Of a stretch of 64,000 nt of DNA, positions 32,566 through 42,689 are shown piece after piece. Source of the DNA: Dehalococcoidia bacterium. Lineage in GTDB: Bacteria; Chloroflexota; Dehalococcoidia; Lucifugimonadales; VXLM01. The translations under genes and the position numbers were made by a program. The number at the start of each line of letters is the position of its first letter. Within the stretch, counting starts at the first letter, position 1. The notes under the pieces are model-generated. The model was not told the DNA's origin and did not search any database. It worked only from the letters and a program-made list of their open reading frames with translations. The DNA lies in the NCBI GenBank assembly GCA_965220255.1, contig OZ244816.1:1010852-1074851 (forward strand), in the 5' to 3' direction.

Positions 32566-33216
32566 CTGAGTACCACACCTGACCGCAAGTACGAGCTTCA
32601 AGCTATAGCAGAATCGGCATCGCAGGAGTTCGCAAGCACCCACGCCGACCGCGAGCAGGGGCTTCGCCTCTCGCGGGAGATCGTCCGCAACTCCGCCAAC
32701 TCGATCCGCGCCACTCACCGGGGAGAGCACGATCAGGCGCGGGAGCTCCTCATCGAGGTGAGGAAGCTCGCGGAGAAGGCCATCGCCCTCCGTGAGCAGC
32801 AGCCCCGTGTGTACTATGGCGGCTACATCGAGGACGCCCTCAAGGAGTACACGGAGGCCGCCGTAACCCTCGCCCTCATCGAGGGCCGCCCCATGCCCAC
32901 CGCCGACGAGCTTGGCATCGGGGCGGCGCCCTACCTGGGTGGCCTCTCAGACACCGTAGGCGAGTTGCGGCGCTTCATCCTCGACGCGCTCCGAACCGAC
33001 GACTTCTCCCGCTGCGAAGAGTTGCTCGACGTCATGGACGAGATATACACCGTCCTCGTCACGATGGACTACCCCGACGCGGTGACGCGGGGCCTCCGCC
33101 GGAGCACGGACATGGTGCGCGGCATCCTCGAACGCACCCGCGGCGACCTCACCGTCGCCCTCCGCCAACAGCGGCTCGAAGAGCGCCTCGCCGAGGCGCG
33201 GGAACGGTTCGAATAG
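32566..33216 (+). CDS. Translin-family protein (apparent CTG start)
   Basis: Homology-like sequence (LSREIVRNSANSIRATHRGEHDQARELL..YYGGYIEDALKEYTEA..GELRRFILDAL..RTRGDLT) begins well upstream of the first ATG/GTG/TTG (GTG 32758). The frame is open from 32563. CTG 32566 sits 7 nt after AAGGAG (32553-32558). Confidence 0.65.
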   Translation: MSTTPDRKYELQAIAESASQEFASTHADREQGLRLSREIVRNSANSIRATHRGEHDQARELLIEVRKLAEKAIALREQQPRVYYGGYIEDALKEYTEAAVTLALIEGRPMPTADELGIGAAPYLGGLSDTVGELRRFILDALRTDDFSRCEELLDVMDEIYTVLVTMDYPDAVTRGLRRSTDMVRGILERTRGDLTVALRQQRLEERLAEARERFE

Positions 33217-33242
33217 AAGACAGTCCATTTAGGGAGCCTCAA

Positions 33243-33569
33243 ATGAGCATCAGCAACGGTATGCGACTGGTACATCCCGGTGAGATTCTGGGCGAGGAAC
33301 TTCAGGAGCTAGGCATGTCGGCCAATGCCTTAGCCATCGCCTTGAGAGTACCAACCAACCGGATTACCGCGATATTGAAAGGACAGCGCGGAATAACAGC
33401 AGACACGGCCCTGCGGTTGTCTCGCTACCTAGGTACTACACCGCAGCTCTGGCTGAATCTGCAGCAGACTTACGAACTGCGAACCACGGAGATCGAGTCC
33501 GGCGAGGACATTGCGGAACGAGTGCGACCGAGAGAGATGGCGCAAGCCACAGGCAGCCGGTCTGAGTAA
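33243..33569 (+). CDS. higA: HigA-family antitoxin / XRE HTH protein
   Basis: HPGEILGEELQELGMSANALAIALRVPTNRITAILKGQRGITADTALRLSRYLGTTPQLWLNLQ is the classic HigA (VapI-type) HTH pattern. Confidence 0.8.
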   Translation: MSISNGMRLVHPGEILGEELQELGMSANALAIALRVPTNRITAILKGQRGITADTALRLSRYLGTTPQLWLNLQQTYELRTTEIESGEDIAERVRPREMAQATGSRSE

Positions 33570-33599
33570 CTGTTTAGCTACGGTTCACTTCATCATCCC

Positions 33600-34325
33600 G
33601 TGAAGCTCACCATCATCATCCCCGCCTTCAACGAAGAGGCCTACCTCCCATCGACCCTTGACGCAATTCAGACCTCCGCTGCCCATCTTCGTGCCCACTC
33701 GGACGTTGAGAGCAACATAATCGTCGTCGACAACAATAGCGAGGATGACACAGCCACCGTCGCCCAAAGCAAGGGGGCGACGGTCGTCCACGAGCCGGTA
33801 CAGGGCATTGCCCGCGCTCGAAACGCCGGGGCAGCCCACGCCGACGGTGATGTTCTCGTCTTCGTCGATGCGGACGTTATCCTGCCGCCCACACTGCTTG
33901 AAGAGATCCACACAACGTTGAGCGACCCGGCCTGCGTCGGCGGCGCGGTTGACGTTGACTACCGCCCCAAGCGCCGTTTCATCAGGTTCTACCTGCGTGC
34001 GTGGCGCATCCTCTCGCGCCTGACTGGAATGGCACAGGGAGCGACGCAGTTCTGCCGCAAGTCCGTCTTCGATGAAGTGGGAGGCTACGACGAGCAGGCG
34101 TGGATCGGTGAGGACGCCGACTTCTTCTGGGCGCTCAAGAAATATGCCAAGAGGACCGACCGCACCGTGCGGTTCATACGCGACCCACGGGTAAGGGCAT
34201 CCTCCCGCCGCTTCGACAAGTGGCCGCTGTGGAAGACCTTGGTCTGGACCAACCCGCTCTTCATCGCCCTGTTCCGCCGTCGGAAGGCGTTCTGGGGCGG
34301 GTGGTACTCGCGCGCGGTGAGATAG
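33600..34325 (+). CDS. Family 2 glycosyltransferase
   Basis: IIIPAFNEE, VVDNNSEDDT and the FVDADV (DxD) motifs. GTG start. Confidence 0.8.
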   Translation: MKLTIIIPAFNEEAYLPSTLDAIQTSAAHLRAHSDVESNIIVVDNNSEDDTATVAQSKGATVVHEPVQGIARARNAGAAHADGDVLVFVDADVILPPTLLEEIHTTLSDPACVGGAVDVDYRPKRRFIRFYLRAWRILSRLTGMAQGATQFCRKSVFDEVGGYDEQAWIGEDADFFWALKKYAKRTDRTVRFIRDPRVRASSRRFDKWPLWKTLVWTNPLFIALFRRRKAFWGGWYSRAVR

Positions 34326-34438
34326 TAGGCCGCACGGGCGCGTAACCTTGAATGCCGTTCACGGCTATGGTACTTTTACGGCGCTTCCAAACATAGGCAA
34401 AGCACACGAAGTCTTCCCGTCACAGGGGAGGCTTTTTC

Positions 34439-36526
34439 ATGGGGGACAAGATGCAGGAAATCATCTTCTTCGCAATCGGCGCGGCCGTCGTCGGACTGCT
34501 GTTCGCTGTCTACCTCACCTTGAGCATTTTGCGGGAGGACGAGGGCAACGAGCGAGTACGGTTCATCGGCGACGCCATCCGGAAGGGCGCTGCCGCCTTC
34601 CTCAAGCGCGAGTACGGCGTTCTGGCGGTCTTCGTGATCGTCGTCGTCATCATTCTTGCCCTGTTCATCGACTACGACATCCTGGGCAAGGTGGGTGAAA
34701 GCTCCGACGGCCTCCCGTCCACGGCCATCGCCTACCTCATCGGGGCCGTCGGCTCCGCGCTCGCCGGATACATCGGCATGAGCATCGCCGTTCGCGCCAA
34801 CACGCGCACGACCGTCAAGGCGCAGACGGGACTCAACCCCGCCCTTCGCCTGGCCTTCAACAGCGGCGCAGTTATGGGGCTGACGGTTGTCGGCATCGGG
34901 CTGCTCGGCGTCGCGATCCTGTACTGGATATTCAAGGACATCCAGATCGTCGCCGGATTCGGCATGGGCGCGTCGTCCATCGCGCTATTCGCCAGGGTCG
35001 GCGGCGGCATCTATACCAAGGCGGCGGACGTGGGAGCCGACCTCGTCGGCAAGGTCGAGGCGGGCATCCCCGAGGACGATCCCCGCAACCCCGCAACCAT
35101 CGCCGACAACGTGGGCGACAACGTGGGCGACGTAGCCGGTATGGGCGCGGACCTGTTCGAGTCGTACGTCGGCTCGATCATCGCGACCCTCGCGCTGGCG
35201 GCGACGGGTGGCGCGCTCCTCGCAGAAAAGGGCCTGATTACCCTGAACGCGGACCTCGCCGACACTGCAAAGAACTTCGACCACGAGCTGTTCATGCTCC
35301 CAATCCTCGTCGCCTCCGTGGGCATCATCGCGTCAATCCTCGGAACGTTCCTCGTACGAGCCCCGGAGGGCGCTCACATGGGCCGCCTCCTCTGGTCGCT
35401 TCGGACCGGCATATTCTCCTCCGGCATACTGGTGCTCATTGCGGCCGGCATACTTATCCCCCTGCTTGACCTTCCCTTCCAGCTATTCTGGGTGATTCTC
35501 ATCGGTCTTGTGGCGGGACAGGTCATCGGTACGGCCTCGGAGGTCGCGACATCCTACGAGTACCGGTTCACGAAGTCACTGGCCGCGCAGTCCGAGACAG
35601 GTCCGGCGACGGTCATCATCGGTGGCCTCGGACTGGGAATGCTGAGCACGCTCGTGCCCGGCATCGTGGTGGTCATCGCCATGTGGCTAACCAACGATCT
35701 CGCTGGCACCTACGGCGTAGCACTTGCGGCAGTAGGGATGCTGTCCACGCTCGGAATCACCCTTGCCACGGACGCCTACGGCCCCGTGGCCGACAACGCG
35801 GGCGGCATCGCGGAGCAGGCGGGACTCGATCCTGAGGTCCGCGAGCGCACGGACGCGCTCGACTCGCTCGGCAACACGACTGCGGCCACCGGAAAGGGCT
35901 TCGCCATCGGGTCGGCGGTTCTGACCGCTCTCGCCCTCATGGCTGCCTACTCGGAAGTCACCGACGTGAGTGTGTTCAACCTCACGGACGTGAAGGTGCT
36001 CATGGGCGTCCTGCTCGGCAGCCTCATGCCCTTCCTCTTTGCCGCGCTCACGATGCAGGCGGTCGGACGGGCCGCGGGCGCGATGGTGCAGGAGGTGCGC
36101 CGTCAGTTCCGTGAGATTGCCGGACTGATGGAGGGCGAGGCGGAGGCCGACTACGCGCGAGCCGTCGACATCAGCACACGAGGCGCAATGCGCGAGATGG
36201 TCCTGCCCGGACTCATCGCCATCATCGCCCCCGTAGCCGTCGGGGCTATTCTCGGCGCAGAGGCGCTGGGCGGGCTCCTCATAGGCGCGATTGCCACCGG
36301 CTTCCTGCTCGCCATCATGATGGCCAATGCGGGAGGCGCGTGGGACAACGCCAAGAAGTACGTCGAGGCGGGCGCACACGGCGGCAAGGGCACCAAGCAA
36401 CACGAGGCCGTCGTAGTCGGAGACACCGTAGGCGACCCCTTCAAGGACACGTCGGGCCCCGCGCTGAACATCCTCATCAAGCTCATGTCCATCGTCGCCC
36501 TCGTCTTCGCGCCGCTGTTCTTGTAG
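34439..36526 (+). CDS. hppA: Membrane-bound proton-translocating pyrophosphatase
   Basis: About 16 TM helices. H+-PPase signatures [40 protein letters not shown] and [22 protein letters not shown]. Confidence 0.95.
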   Translation: MGDKMQEIIFFAIGAAVVGLLFAVYLTLSILREDEGNERVRFIGDAIRKGAAAFLKREYGVLAVFVIVVVIILALFIDYDILGKVGESSDGLPSTAIAYLIGAVGSALAGYIGMSIAVRANTRTTVKAQTGLNPALRLAFNSGAVMGLTVVGIGLLGVAILYWIFKDIQIVAGFGMGASSIALFARVGGGIYTKAADVGADLVGKVEAGIPEDDPRNPATIADNVGDNVGDVAGMGADLFESYVGSIIATLALAATGGALLAEKGLITLNADLADTAKNFDHELFMLPILVASVGIIASILGTFLVRAPEGAHMGRLLWSLRTGIFSSGILVLIAAGILIPLLDLPFQLFWVILIGLVAGQVIGTASEVATSYEYRFTKSLAAQSETGPATVIIGGLGLGMLSTLVPGIVVVIAMWLTNDLAGTYGVALAAVGMLSTLGITLATDAYGPVADNAGGIAEQAGLDPEVRERTDALDSLGNTTAATGKGFAIGSAVLTALALMAAYSEVTDVSVFNLTDVKVLMGVLLGSLMPFLFAALTMQAVGRAAGAMVQEVRRQFREIAGLMEGEAEADYARAVDISTRGAMREMVLPGLIAIIAPVAVGAILGAEALGGLLIGAIATGFLLAIMMANAGGAWDNAKKYVEAGAHGGKGTKQHEAVVVGDTVGDPFKDTSGPALNILIKLMSIVALVFAPLFL

Positions 36527-36548
36527 GCGGATTTGTCGGTTCTTGTTC

Positions 36549-36577
36549 GTAGGGGCAGGTTTGAAACCTGCCCCTAC
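36549..36577. repeat. 29-nt palindrome gtaggggcaggtttgaaacctgcccctac
   Basis: Shares the gtagggg....cccctac stem ends with the 28-mers at 2214 and 25676. Located 23 nt after the hppA stop. Confidence 0.85.
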
Positions 36578-36615
36578 CTGTATGCGGTCGGAAATCACCG
36601 CCCCAGGAGGTAGAC

Positions 36616-37662
36616 ATGCCAACGATATCGGAACGCGATCTTCACGACGTAGTCAGACGAGTCCTCGATGCGGCGGGCGCAAGCGAGGCGAACGCCGCCC
36701 GAATGGCAGACGCGCTGGTGTCGGCCAACATGCGCGGCGTGGACACCCACGGCGTGTTCCATCTCAATGGGTACGTCCAAGCCATCCTCGACGGAAAGCT
36801 CGACGCCACGGCCAGCCCGTCCATCGTGCGCGAGACGCCCAACACGGCGCTCGTGGACGGCAACCGGACGTTCGGCCACGTCGCGGCGAAGTTCGCCACC
36901 GACGTCGCCGTGCGAAAGGCCAAGACCCACGACGTTGCCGTCGTCGGACTGGTCCGCTCGGAGCACATCGGGCGGCTCGGCGAATACGCGGAGATAGCTG
37001 CGGCCGAGGGCGTGGTCGCCATCGTCTGCGGCGCGGGATACTCCCTGCTTGGGAGCAAGGTTGCCGCCCCCTACGGCGGAAGCAAGGGGCTGCTAAGCTC
37101 GAACCCGATAGCTATAGGATTCCCCGGCGACGAGGAGCCCGGAATGGTCTTCGACTACGCCACCACGGCGATGGCGAACTCCAAGATGAACCTCTACAAG
37201 ATGCGAAACGAGGAGCTCCCCCAGGGCACCGTCATCGACAAGGACGGCTACCCTACGACCAACCCCACCGCTGTACAGGAGGGTGGCTACCTCCTCCCGT
37301 TTGGCGGCCACAAGGGCTTTGCCCTGATGATGGCCGTGGAGTTCCTCGGACAGGTCCTCGTTGGCTCCGACGCCGTGGAGGACGACGGGATGGGCACCCC
37401 GTCGATGGTGCGGCAGGGCGTCTCGATCATCGCCATTCGCGCCGACGTCTTCCGCCCTGACGCCGACTTCAAGCGGCGCGCCGACGAGATTGTCCGCGAA
37501 GTCAGAAGCATCCCACCCGCGCCGGGCTTCGAGCGGGTCATGGCCCCCGGCGACCCGGAGTCACGAGCACAGGCGCAACGCTCTGCTGAGGGCATTCCGG
37601 TCCCAGACAAGGTCTGGCAGCTTATCGTCGAGGCAGGCGAGTCGGTGGGCGTGGCGGTCTAA
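36616..37662 (+). CDS. Ldh2-family (malate/L-lactate/sulfolactate-type) dehydrogenase
   Basis: 348 aa. N-terminal pattern ..LVSANMRGVDTHGV..L..Y and ..FGGHKGFALMMAVE.. resemble the Ldh_2 family. GGAGG SD. Confidence 0.75.
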   Translation: MPTISERDLHDVVRRVLDAAGASEANAARMADALVSANMRGVDTHGVFHLNGYVQAILDGKLDATASPSIVRETPNTALVDGNRTFGHVAAKFATDVAVRKAKTHDVAVVGLVRSEHIGRLGEYAEIAAAEGVVAIVCGAGYSLLGSKVAAPYGGSKGLLSSNPIAIGFPGDEEPGMVFDYATTAMANSKMNLYKMRNEELPQGTVIDKDGYPTTNPTAVQEGGYLLPFGGHKGFALMMAVEFLGQVLVGSDAVEDDGMGTPSMVRQGVSIIAIRADVFRPDADFKRRADEIVREVRSIPPAPGFERVMAPGDPESRAQAQRSAEGIPVPDKVWQLIVEAGESVGVAV

Positions 37663-37748
37663 GGGGGCGCTTCGAGAGTCTCCTACTTCTCGTTAGCTCA
37701 TTTGGAAGCAACTTCTCTTAAAAGTCGGCTATCAAAAAAGAGGGTGGG

Positions 37749-38114
37749 TTAATTTCGTGGTTCCTCTGATGACTCAGAGGTCAAGAGTAATCGCTCAATC
37801 ATTTGAAACTGTACATCAATGCATTCTTCAAATGCTCTGCGTGCATAGTCAGAAGAATGCTCAGTGTTTTCAAGTGCTATTTCATGAAGCTCCTCAATAG
37901 ACATAGCAAGCCACCTTACGAGATCGAGCTTGTAGAGTTCCTCGGACACGGATGGCGCGTAGCGTTGCCGAATCTCTTCATGCGTTTGGCAGAAGACTTG
38001 CGCGAATACGGCCAACACTCCTACGAATCCTTCCATGGTGAGGTGTTGGTACACGGTCTTGAGTTCATCTGGCAACTCTCCTCGCATTATGGAGTCACGG
38101 TAGTCGTCGCCCAT
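37749..38114 (-). CDS. Hypothetical protein (121 aa, low GC)
   Basis: Clean ORF in a low-GC patch directly downstream of the CorC-type gene. No motif recognised. Confidence 0.45.
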   Translation of the reverse strand: MGDDYRDSIMRGELPDELKTVYQHLTMEGFVGVLAVFAQVFCQTHEEIRQRYAPSVSEELYKLDLVRWLAMSIEELHEIALENTEHSSDYARRAFEECIDVQFQMIERLLLTSESSEEPRN

Positions 38115-38136
38115 GATGAATTACTCCCTACTTTCT

Positions 38137-39321
38137 TCACTCCGCCGTCTCGCCGGAGTCGCCCTGGGCCGTCACCTTCAGCGTCTTCAGCCGCCGCCCG
38201 ACCGTCGAGACAACCTCGATGGTCAGGCCGTCGTGGGTCACCTTCTCGCCGATGGTGGGTATCTTGCCGAGCCGCTGGTACACCAACCCCCCCAGCGTAT
38301 CGAAGCCGTCGGCCTCCACAACCACGTCGAGGCGGTCGCGAAGATCGTCCAGGCTCGCGCGGGCGTCCATGATGTACTCGTTCTCGGCTGTCTGCTCGAT
38401 CTCCGGCTCGCCGGAGTCGAACTCGTCCTGGATCTCACCGACGATCTCCTCGAGCAGGTCCTCGATGGTGACGATGCCCTCTGCCCCGCCGTACTCGTCG
38501 ATGACAATCGCTATGTGGACGCGAGTCTCCTGGAACTCGGTGAGCAGCTCTTCGAGGGTCTTGGTCTCCGGTATGAAGATAGGTGCCCTCAGCATCTCCT
38601 CCGTCAGCATGGTGGAATCATCCGCCGGATCATTGAGGATCTTCAGCAGGTCTCTCGCGTAGACCAGCCCCTCAATATGGTCAAGGGCCTCTCTGTAGAC
38701 CGGCAGACGGCTGTGCCCTGACTCGATCATGCGGTCGACGACATCGGAAATGGGTGTGCCTATTTCGACCGCCTCAACGTCCACGCGCGGCACCATGATT
38801 TCGCGCGCGATGGTCGTGTCCAACTCCACGACGCCGCGGATCATCCGCACCTCGAACTCTTCAAGAGGCTCGCCCTCGTTGTCGACCGCCATGTTCAGGT
38901 CGGCTGCGAAGGCGTCAGCGGGTGAGGCCGCTCCGGTTCCTCCGTTGCCGTCCGCTTCGGCACTCATGCGGGCGACTACGAGACGCAGACCACCCACAAG
39001 CGTCAGGGCCGCCAGGGCCGCGACCGTGACCGCGGACCAGTTCCCGTTCCAGAAGAGAATGGCGAACGACGCGCTTGAAAGGACGGCGGCCGCAACGGCG
39101 ACGTGTTTGATCGTGCTGAGACCGACTGTCGCGCCCATGGGAAGGCGGTCGAGCATTCGGAGCAAAGGAGTACGTGGCGAGCGAGGCGCGACTGCCTGCT
39201 GGAGACGCTCGAGACGCTCCACAGCCGCAAGGCCGACCTCGGCGCGAACTGCGAGAGCGTACACGGCCAGGGAGATCGCCACGAAGGCGAGCGGTATTAA
39301 GCTGCTACTGTCAGGGTCCAC
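38137..39321 (-). CDS. HlyC/CorC-family transporter (DUF21-CBS-CorC_HlyC)
   Basis: N-terminal TM domain, CBS pair ([10 protein letters not shown].., SRLPVY..), C-terminal [30 protein letters not shown]. Confidence 0.85.
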   Translation of the reverse strand: MDPDSSSLIPLAFVAISLAVYALAVRAEVGLAAVERLERLQQAVAPRSPRTPLLRMLDRLPMGATVGLSTIKHVAVAAAVLSSASFAILFWNGNWSAVTVAALAALTLVGGLRLVVARMSAEADGNGGTGAASPADAFAADLNMAVDNEGEPLEEFEVRMIRGVVELDTTIAREIMVPRVDVEAVEIGTPISDVVDRMIESGHSRLPVYREALDHIEGLVYARDLLKILNDPADDSTMLTEEMLRAPIFIPETKTLEELLTEFQETRVHIAIVIDEYGGAEGIVTIEDLLEEIVGEIQDEFDSGEPEIEQTAENEYIMDARASLDDLRDRLDVVVEADGFDTLGGLVYQRLGKIPTIGEKVTHDGLTIEVVSTVGRRLKTLKVTAQGDSGETAE

Positions 39322-39339
39322 TGTACTCGACTCTTCGTC

Positions 39340-40716
39340 CTATGAAGAGTCTTCTCCTCCGTCGCTGCTGCGTTTCTTCTTCTTGTCCGTGATTCTCGCG
39401 GGCACGCCGACCGCCATGGCATCCGGCGGCACATCCTTCGTCACGACCGCGCCCGCAGCGGTCTGTGCGCCGTCCCCTATCTCAACCGGGGCTACCAACA
39501 TGGTATCGCATCCGATGAATGCACCGTCGCCGATGCGGGTGGGCTGCTTGCTCTCACCGTCGTAGTTCACCGTGACGGTGCCCGCCCCGATGTTGACGTC
39601 ATCACCCACCTCGGCGTCGCCCAGATAGCTGAAATGTGCAGACTTCGAGTTTCGTCCGATGGTGCTGCGGTTCACCTCCGCGAAGTTGCCGAGAACGGCT
39701 CTCTCCGCGATGTGCGAGCCCGGTCGTATGTGGGTGAACGGCCCGACGCTCACGCGCGATTCCAGCTTCGATCCTTCGACGACCGACGACCACACTCTAC
39801 ACTCACTGCCTATCTGAGCGCCGTCTATGATCGTGTTCGGACCGAGCACGCACCGGTCGGCGACACTCGTCGCCCCCGTGATGTGTGTGTTTGGCAGGAC
39901 GGTAGTGTCCTGTCCGAGCGACACGTCTGCGTCAATGTACACCGTCCCGGAATCGGGCATCGTCACGCCACTCCTCATCCAGTGGAGCCGTATCCTCTCC
40001 CGAAGATGTGTCTCGGCTTCCGAAAGCTGCACCCGGTCATTGATGCCGAGCGCCTCCGCAGGGTCGTCGACCTCGATGGACCCGGGCGGCGTTCCCTGCT
40101 CCACGGCCATGCCGATGACGGCGGGCAGGTAGTATTCGCCGCTGTCCGACGGCTCCACGGCATCCAGGGCTTCCCAAAGCCACGGTCCGTTGAAGCAGTA
40201 GGACCCGACGTTGACCTCGCCGATTGTCTTCACTTGCTCATCTGCGTCATGGTCTTCGATGATCTCCGTAATCGCGCCCGACGAGTCCCGGACGACCCTC
40301 CCGAGCCCGGAAGTATCGCAGTGGGCCGTGAGAAGCGAAGCGCTGGCGTCCATCGACTCGTGGTGTTCCAACAGGTTGCGGAGCGTCTCAGGACGAACGA
40401 GCGGGACATCGCCGTTCAACACTGCCACCGTCTCAACGTCGCGGAGCAGCTCCTTCGCTTGGAGGGCAGCGTGTCCGGTACCCAGCATGTCGGTCTGCAC
40501 GGCGTACTCGACGGTGTCGCCAAGCAGTTCCCGTACGGGGCCGTCACTGGAAGGGGAGACGATGACGACGATTCGGTCGTATCCGGCCCCCTTCGCGGCG
40601 TCCACGACATGCCGCACCAGTTCCTTCCCGCAGATCTTGTGAAGGACCTTGGAGAGCCCCGACCTCATGCGGACGCCCTTGCCGGCGGCGAGAATCACTG
40701 CTGCCTTAGTAGACAT
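39340..40716 (-). CDS. glmU: Bifunctional UDP-N-acetylglucosamine pyrophosphorylase / GlcN-1-P acetyltransferase
   Basis: AVILAAGKGVRMRS nucleotidyltransferase motif at the N-terminus (start ATG 40716). C-terminal hexapeptide-repeat left-handed beta-helix region. Confidence 0.9.
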   Translation of the reverse strand: MSTKAAVILAAGKGVRMRSGLSKVLHKICGKELVRHVVDAAKGAGYDRIVVIVSPSSDGPVRELLGDTVEYAVQTDMLGTGHAALQAKELLRDVETVAVLNGDVPLVRPETLRNLLEHHESMDASASLLTAHCDTSGLGRVVRDSSGAITEIIEDHDADEQVKTIGEVNVGSYCFNGPWLWEALDAVEPSDSGEYYLPAVIGMAVEQGTPPGSIEVDDPAEALGINDRVQLSEAETHLRERIRLHWMRSGVTMPDSGTVYIDADVSLGQDTTVLPNTHITGATSVADRCVLGPNTIIDGAQIGSECRVWSSVVEGSKLESRVSVGPFTHIRPGSHIAERAVLGNFAEVNRSTIGRNSKSAHFSYLGDAEVGDDVNIGAGTVTVNYDGESKQPTRIGDGAFIGCDTMLVAPVEIGDGAQTAAGAVVTKDVPPDAMAVGVPARITDKKKKRSSDGGEDSS

Positions 40717-40937
40717 CGCCCTTAGAAACGACAAACGCCCGACGCGCAACCGAGATAGTGCGCCAGGCGTGACTCGCGAATATGGTCTTGCGTCTGTCCT
40801 CTTCGTCGTCCACCGTTTCGGTCATGCTACCACCGTGCGCTAAGAAGGGTCAACCGGGTTCAAAGTCGGCTGGAGATTGCTGGCTACGAGCCCTCAGTGC
40901 GGCGCGCCCCACCTGCGACTGCGTGTCCTACTGGCCG

Positions 40938-41366
40938 CTACTCCTTCCCATCGCTGTCATCCTTGCCGGGGCCAAGCTCAGCACGTGCTCTTCCTTCCGG
41001 GAGTATGAGCATTACGCCCCCCACGATGATGCTGCCGGCGATAGCGACAAAGGCCAACTCTGCCCCAGCTACAGCGGCTATTGGAATCGACAAGCCGAGG
41101 CAGGCCGCCGTATAGCCGATGACGGCTCTGATGCGCCCATTTGACGGACTGGCAAAGCGGGGCCGCGTAGGCAGACTTCGCAACTCCTCTTTCATCCTCG
41201 CCTCCACGCGGGCGTCGATTGTATCCTGCACCCGTTCCAAGAACGACTCAATGACCTCGTCCTCGTGGTCTAGACCAAGTTCCTGACGGGCCTTGACAGC
41301 CACTCTGAGCTCTTCGTCGACATCCGTTGAAGTGTCTTGCTGTCGCATCTGCGTCCTTCCCCTCAT
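40938..41366 (-). CDS. Hypothetical membrane protein
   Basis: Charged helical N-terminal half, then two hydrophobic helices (VIGYTAACLGLSIPIAAVAGAELAFVAIAGSIIVGGVMLIL). Confidence 0.5.
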   Translation of the reverse strand: MRGRTQMRQQDTSTDVDEELRVAVKARQELGLDHEDEVIESFLERVQDTIDARVEARMKEELRSLPTRPRFASPSNGRIRAVIGYTAACLGLSIPIAAVAGAELAFVAIAGSIIVGGVMLILPEGRARAELGPGKDDSDGKE

Positions 41367-41455
41367 TCATCGTATGGAGATGCAATGTGGCGTGATGTAA
41401 TTACGTTAGGATGGAAGCATATTCCTTACAGATTGTCAATGACGGGGCGAAGGAG

Positions 41456-42629
41456 GGGACTGTTTCAGGGAGTGTAGGAACTGACAGAGGATTGAGGGAA
41501 GGGAGAGTCACCTTTAGAATTGGAGATGTCTAAAACCATTTCAAAAGGATGAATCTCCCATGCGCATCATACGCCTCGCTCAGCAACCCGTCGAGGCCGA
41601 TCCCACACCACCGGGTCAGTGTCCAAGATGTGCAGCACAAGCCTGGCACAAGTGGGGTAGCTCCAAACTCCGCAAGATCGTGGACGTGAACGTCACCCAT
41701 GTAACCACTCAGCGATATCGCTGCAAGAATTGTGGTAAGACGATGACTGCCAGACCGAAAGGTGTGGGAAGAGCCGGACGCAGCCATTCGTTCATGGCTC
41801 TACTCGGCGTGCTGTACGCATTGGGACTGAGTCATCGGGGTATAGAGACTGCGTTGGGACTGTTCGGTCACCGTGTCGACCACGTGAGCAGTTGGAGGGA
41901 TATACAAAGGCTGGGCAAGGCGGTGAAAAGACGACTGCCGGAGGGCAAGGCACGGGTTGTGGGCGTGGACGAGACATGGGTGAAGATCAAGGACAGATCG
42001 AGGCCGGTGGGAGTGGTGATAGACGTGGGGGGAAGGGTGTTGAGCATAGAGCTGACCGGCACGGAGTTCGACTATGAGAGTTGGTTTGAGTCGATGGCGG
42101 ATGAGTTGGGAGTGGAAGTAGTGGTGACAGATGACTCGACCGACTACTCGATACCGACTGGGTGCGGCTCAGTGATACGTCAGCAGTGTCTGGTGCATAT
42201 GAAACGGACCTTGGGCCGTGCTATCGGCAGACTCCCTGAGAACATACGTAATCGGTACGGTGACCTGCTCGACCAGATCACCGAGACCGTTCGGGAGTTG
42301 CCACCCGATGGCGCCGACAGGCTGTTCAGATGGTTACAGGACAGACGGTTACCATCGGAACTGAGACGACTGGTGATACACCTGCTGGAACGATGGAGAC
42401 AGATGACGGTGCACCAACGACGATCAGGAGTCCCAAATAGCACGAACTGGGTGGAAGGAAGGTTCGGACGGATCAAACCAAGGTACAGGACGACGAGAGG
42501 ACTGAAGACCGAATCAGGAGCAGTCAACTTCATGGCGGTAGTCTGCGATGTCCTCGCCTAACCACCAGCGCAGTATCCCAGACCAACAACGCCTCGTCTC
42601 CAGTTCACTACATCAAGTGAAACAGTCCC
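41456..42629 (+). mobile_element. IS1-family insertion sequence (single-ORF type), intact
   Basis: Ends are gggactgtttca (41456-41467) and tgaaacagtccc (42618-42629), extendable as imperfect ~26-bp IRs. They fit the IS1-like GGnnnTG terminus. Flanked by the 9-bp direct repeat gcgaaggag (41447-41455 and 42630-42638). Confidence 0.8.
41560..42561 (+). CDS. IS1-family transposase (zinc-finger + DDE)
   Basis: N-terminal CPRC...QRYRCKNCGKT resembles the IS1 InsA zinc finger (..QRY.C..C.KT). VGVDETWVKIKD is DDE-type. Confidence 0.7.
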   Translation: MRIIRLAQQPVEADPTPPGQCPRCAAQAWHKWGSSKLRKIVDVNVTHVTTQRYRCKNCGKTMTARPKGVGRAGRSHSFMALLGVLYALGLSHRGIETALGLFGHRVDHVSSWRDIQRLGKAVKRRLPEGKARVVGVDETWVKIKDRSRPVGVVIDVGGRVLSIELTGTEFDYESWFESMADELGVEVVVTDDSTDYSIPTGCGSVIRQQCLVHMKRTLGRAIGRLPENIRNRYGDLLDQITETVRELPPDGADRLFRWLQDRRLPSELRRLVIHLLERWRQMTVHQRRSGVPNSTNWVEGRFGRIKPRYRTTRGLKTESGAVNFMAVVCDVLA

Positions 42630-42689
42630 GCGAAGGAGCGGCGGGAAAGTGACGTTGTGGGAAAGACGGGCGTGGGACAAGGGGTTCTC

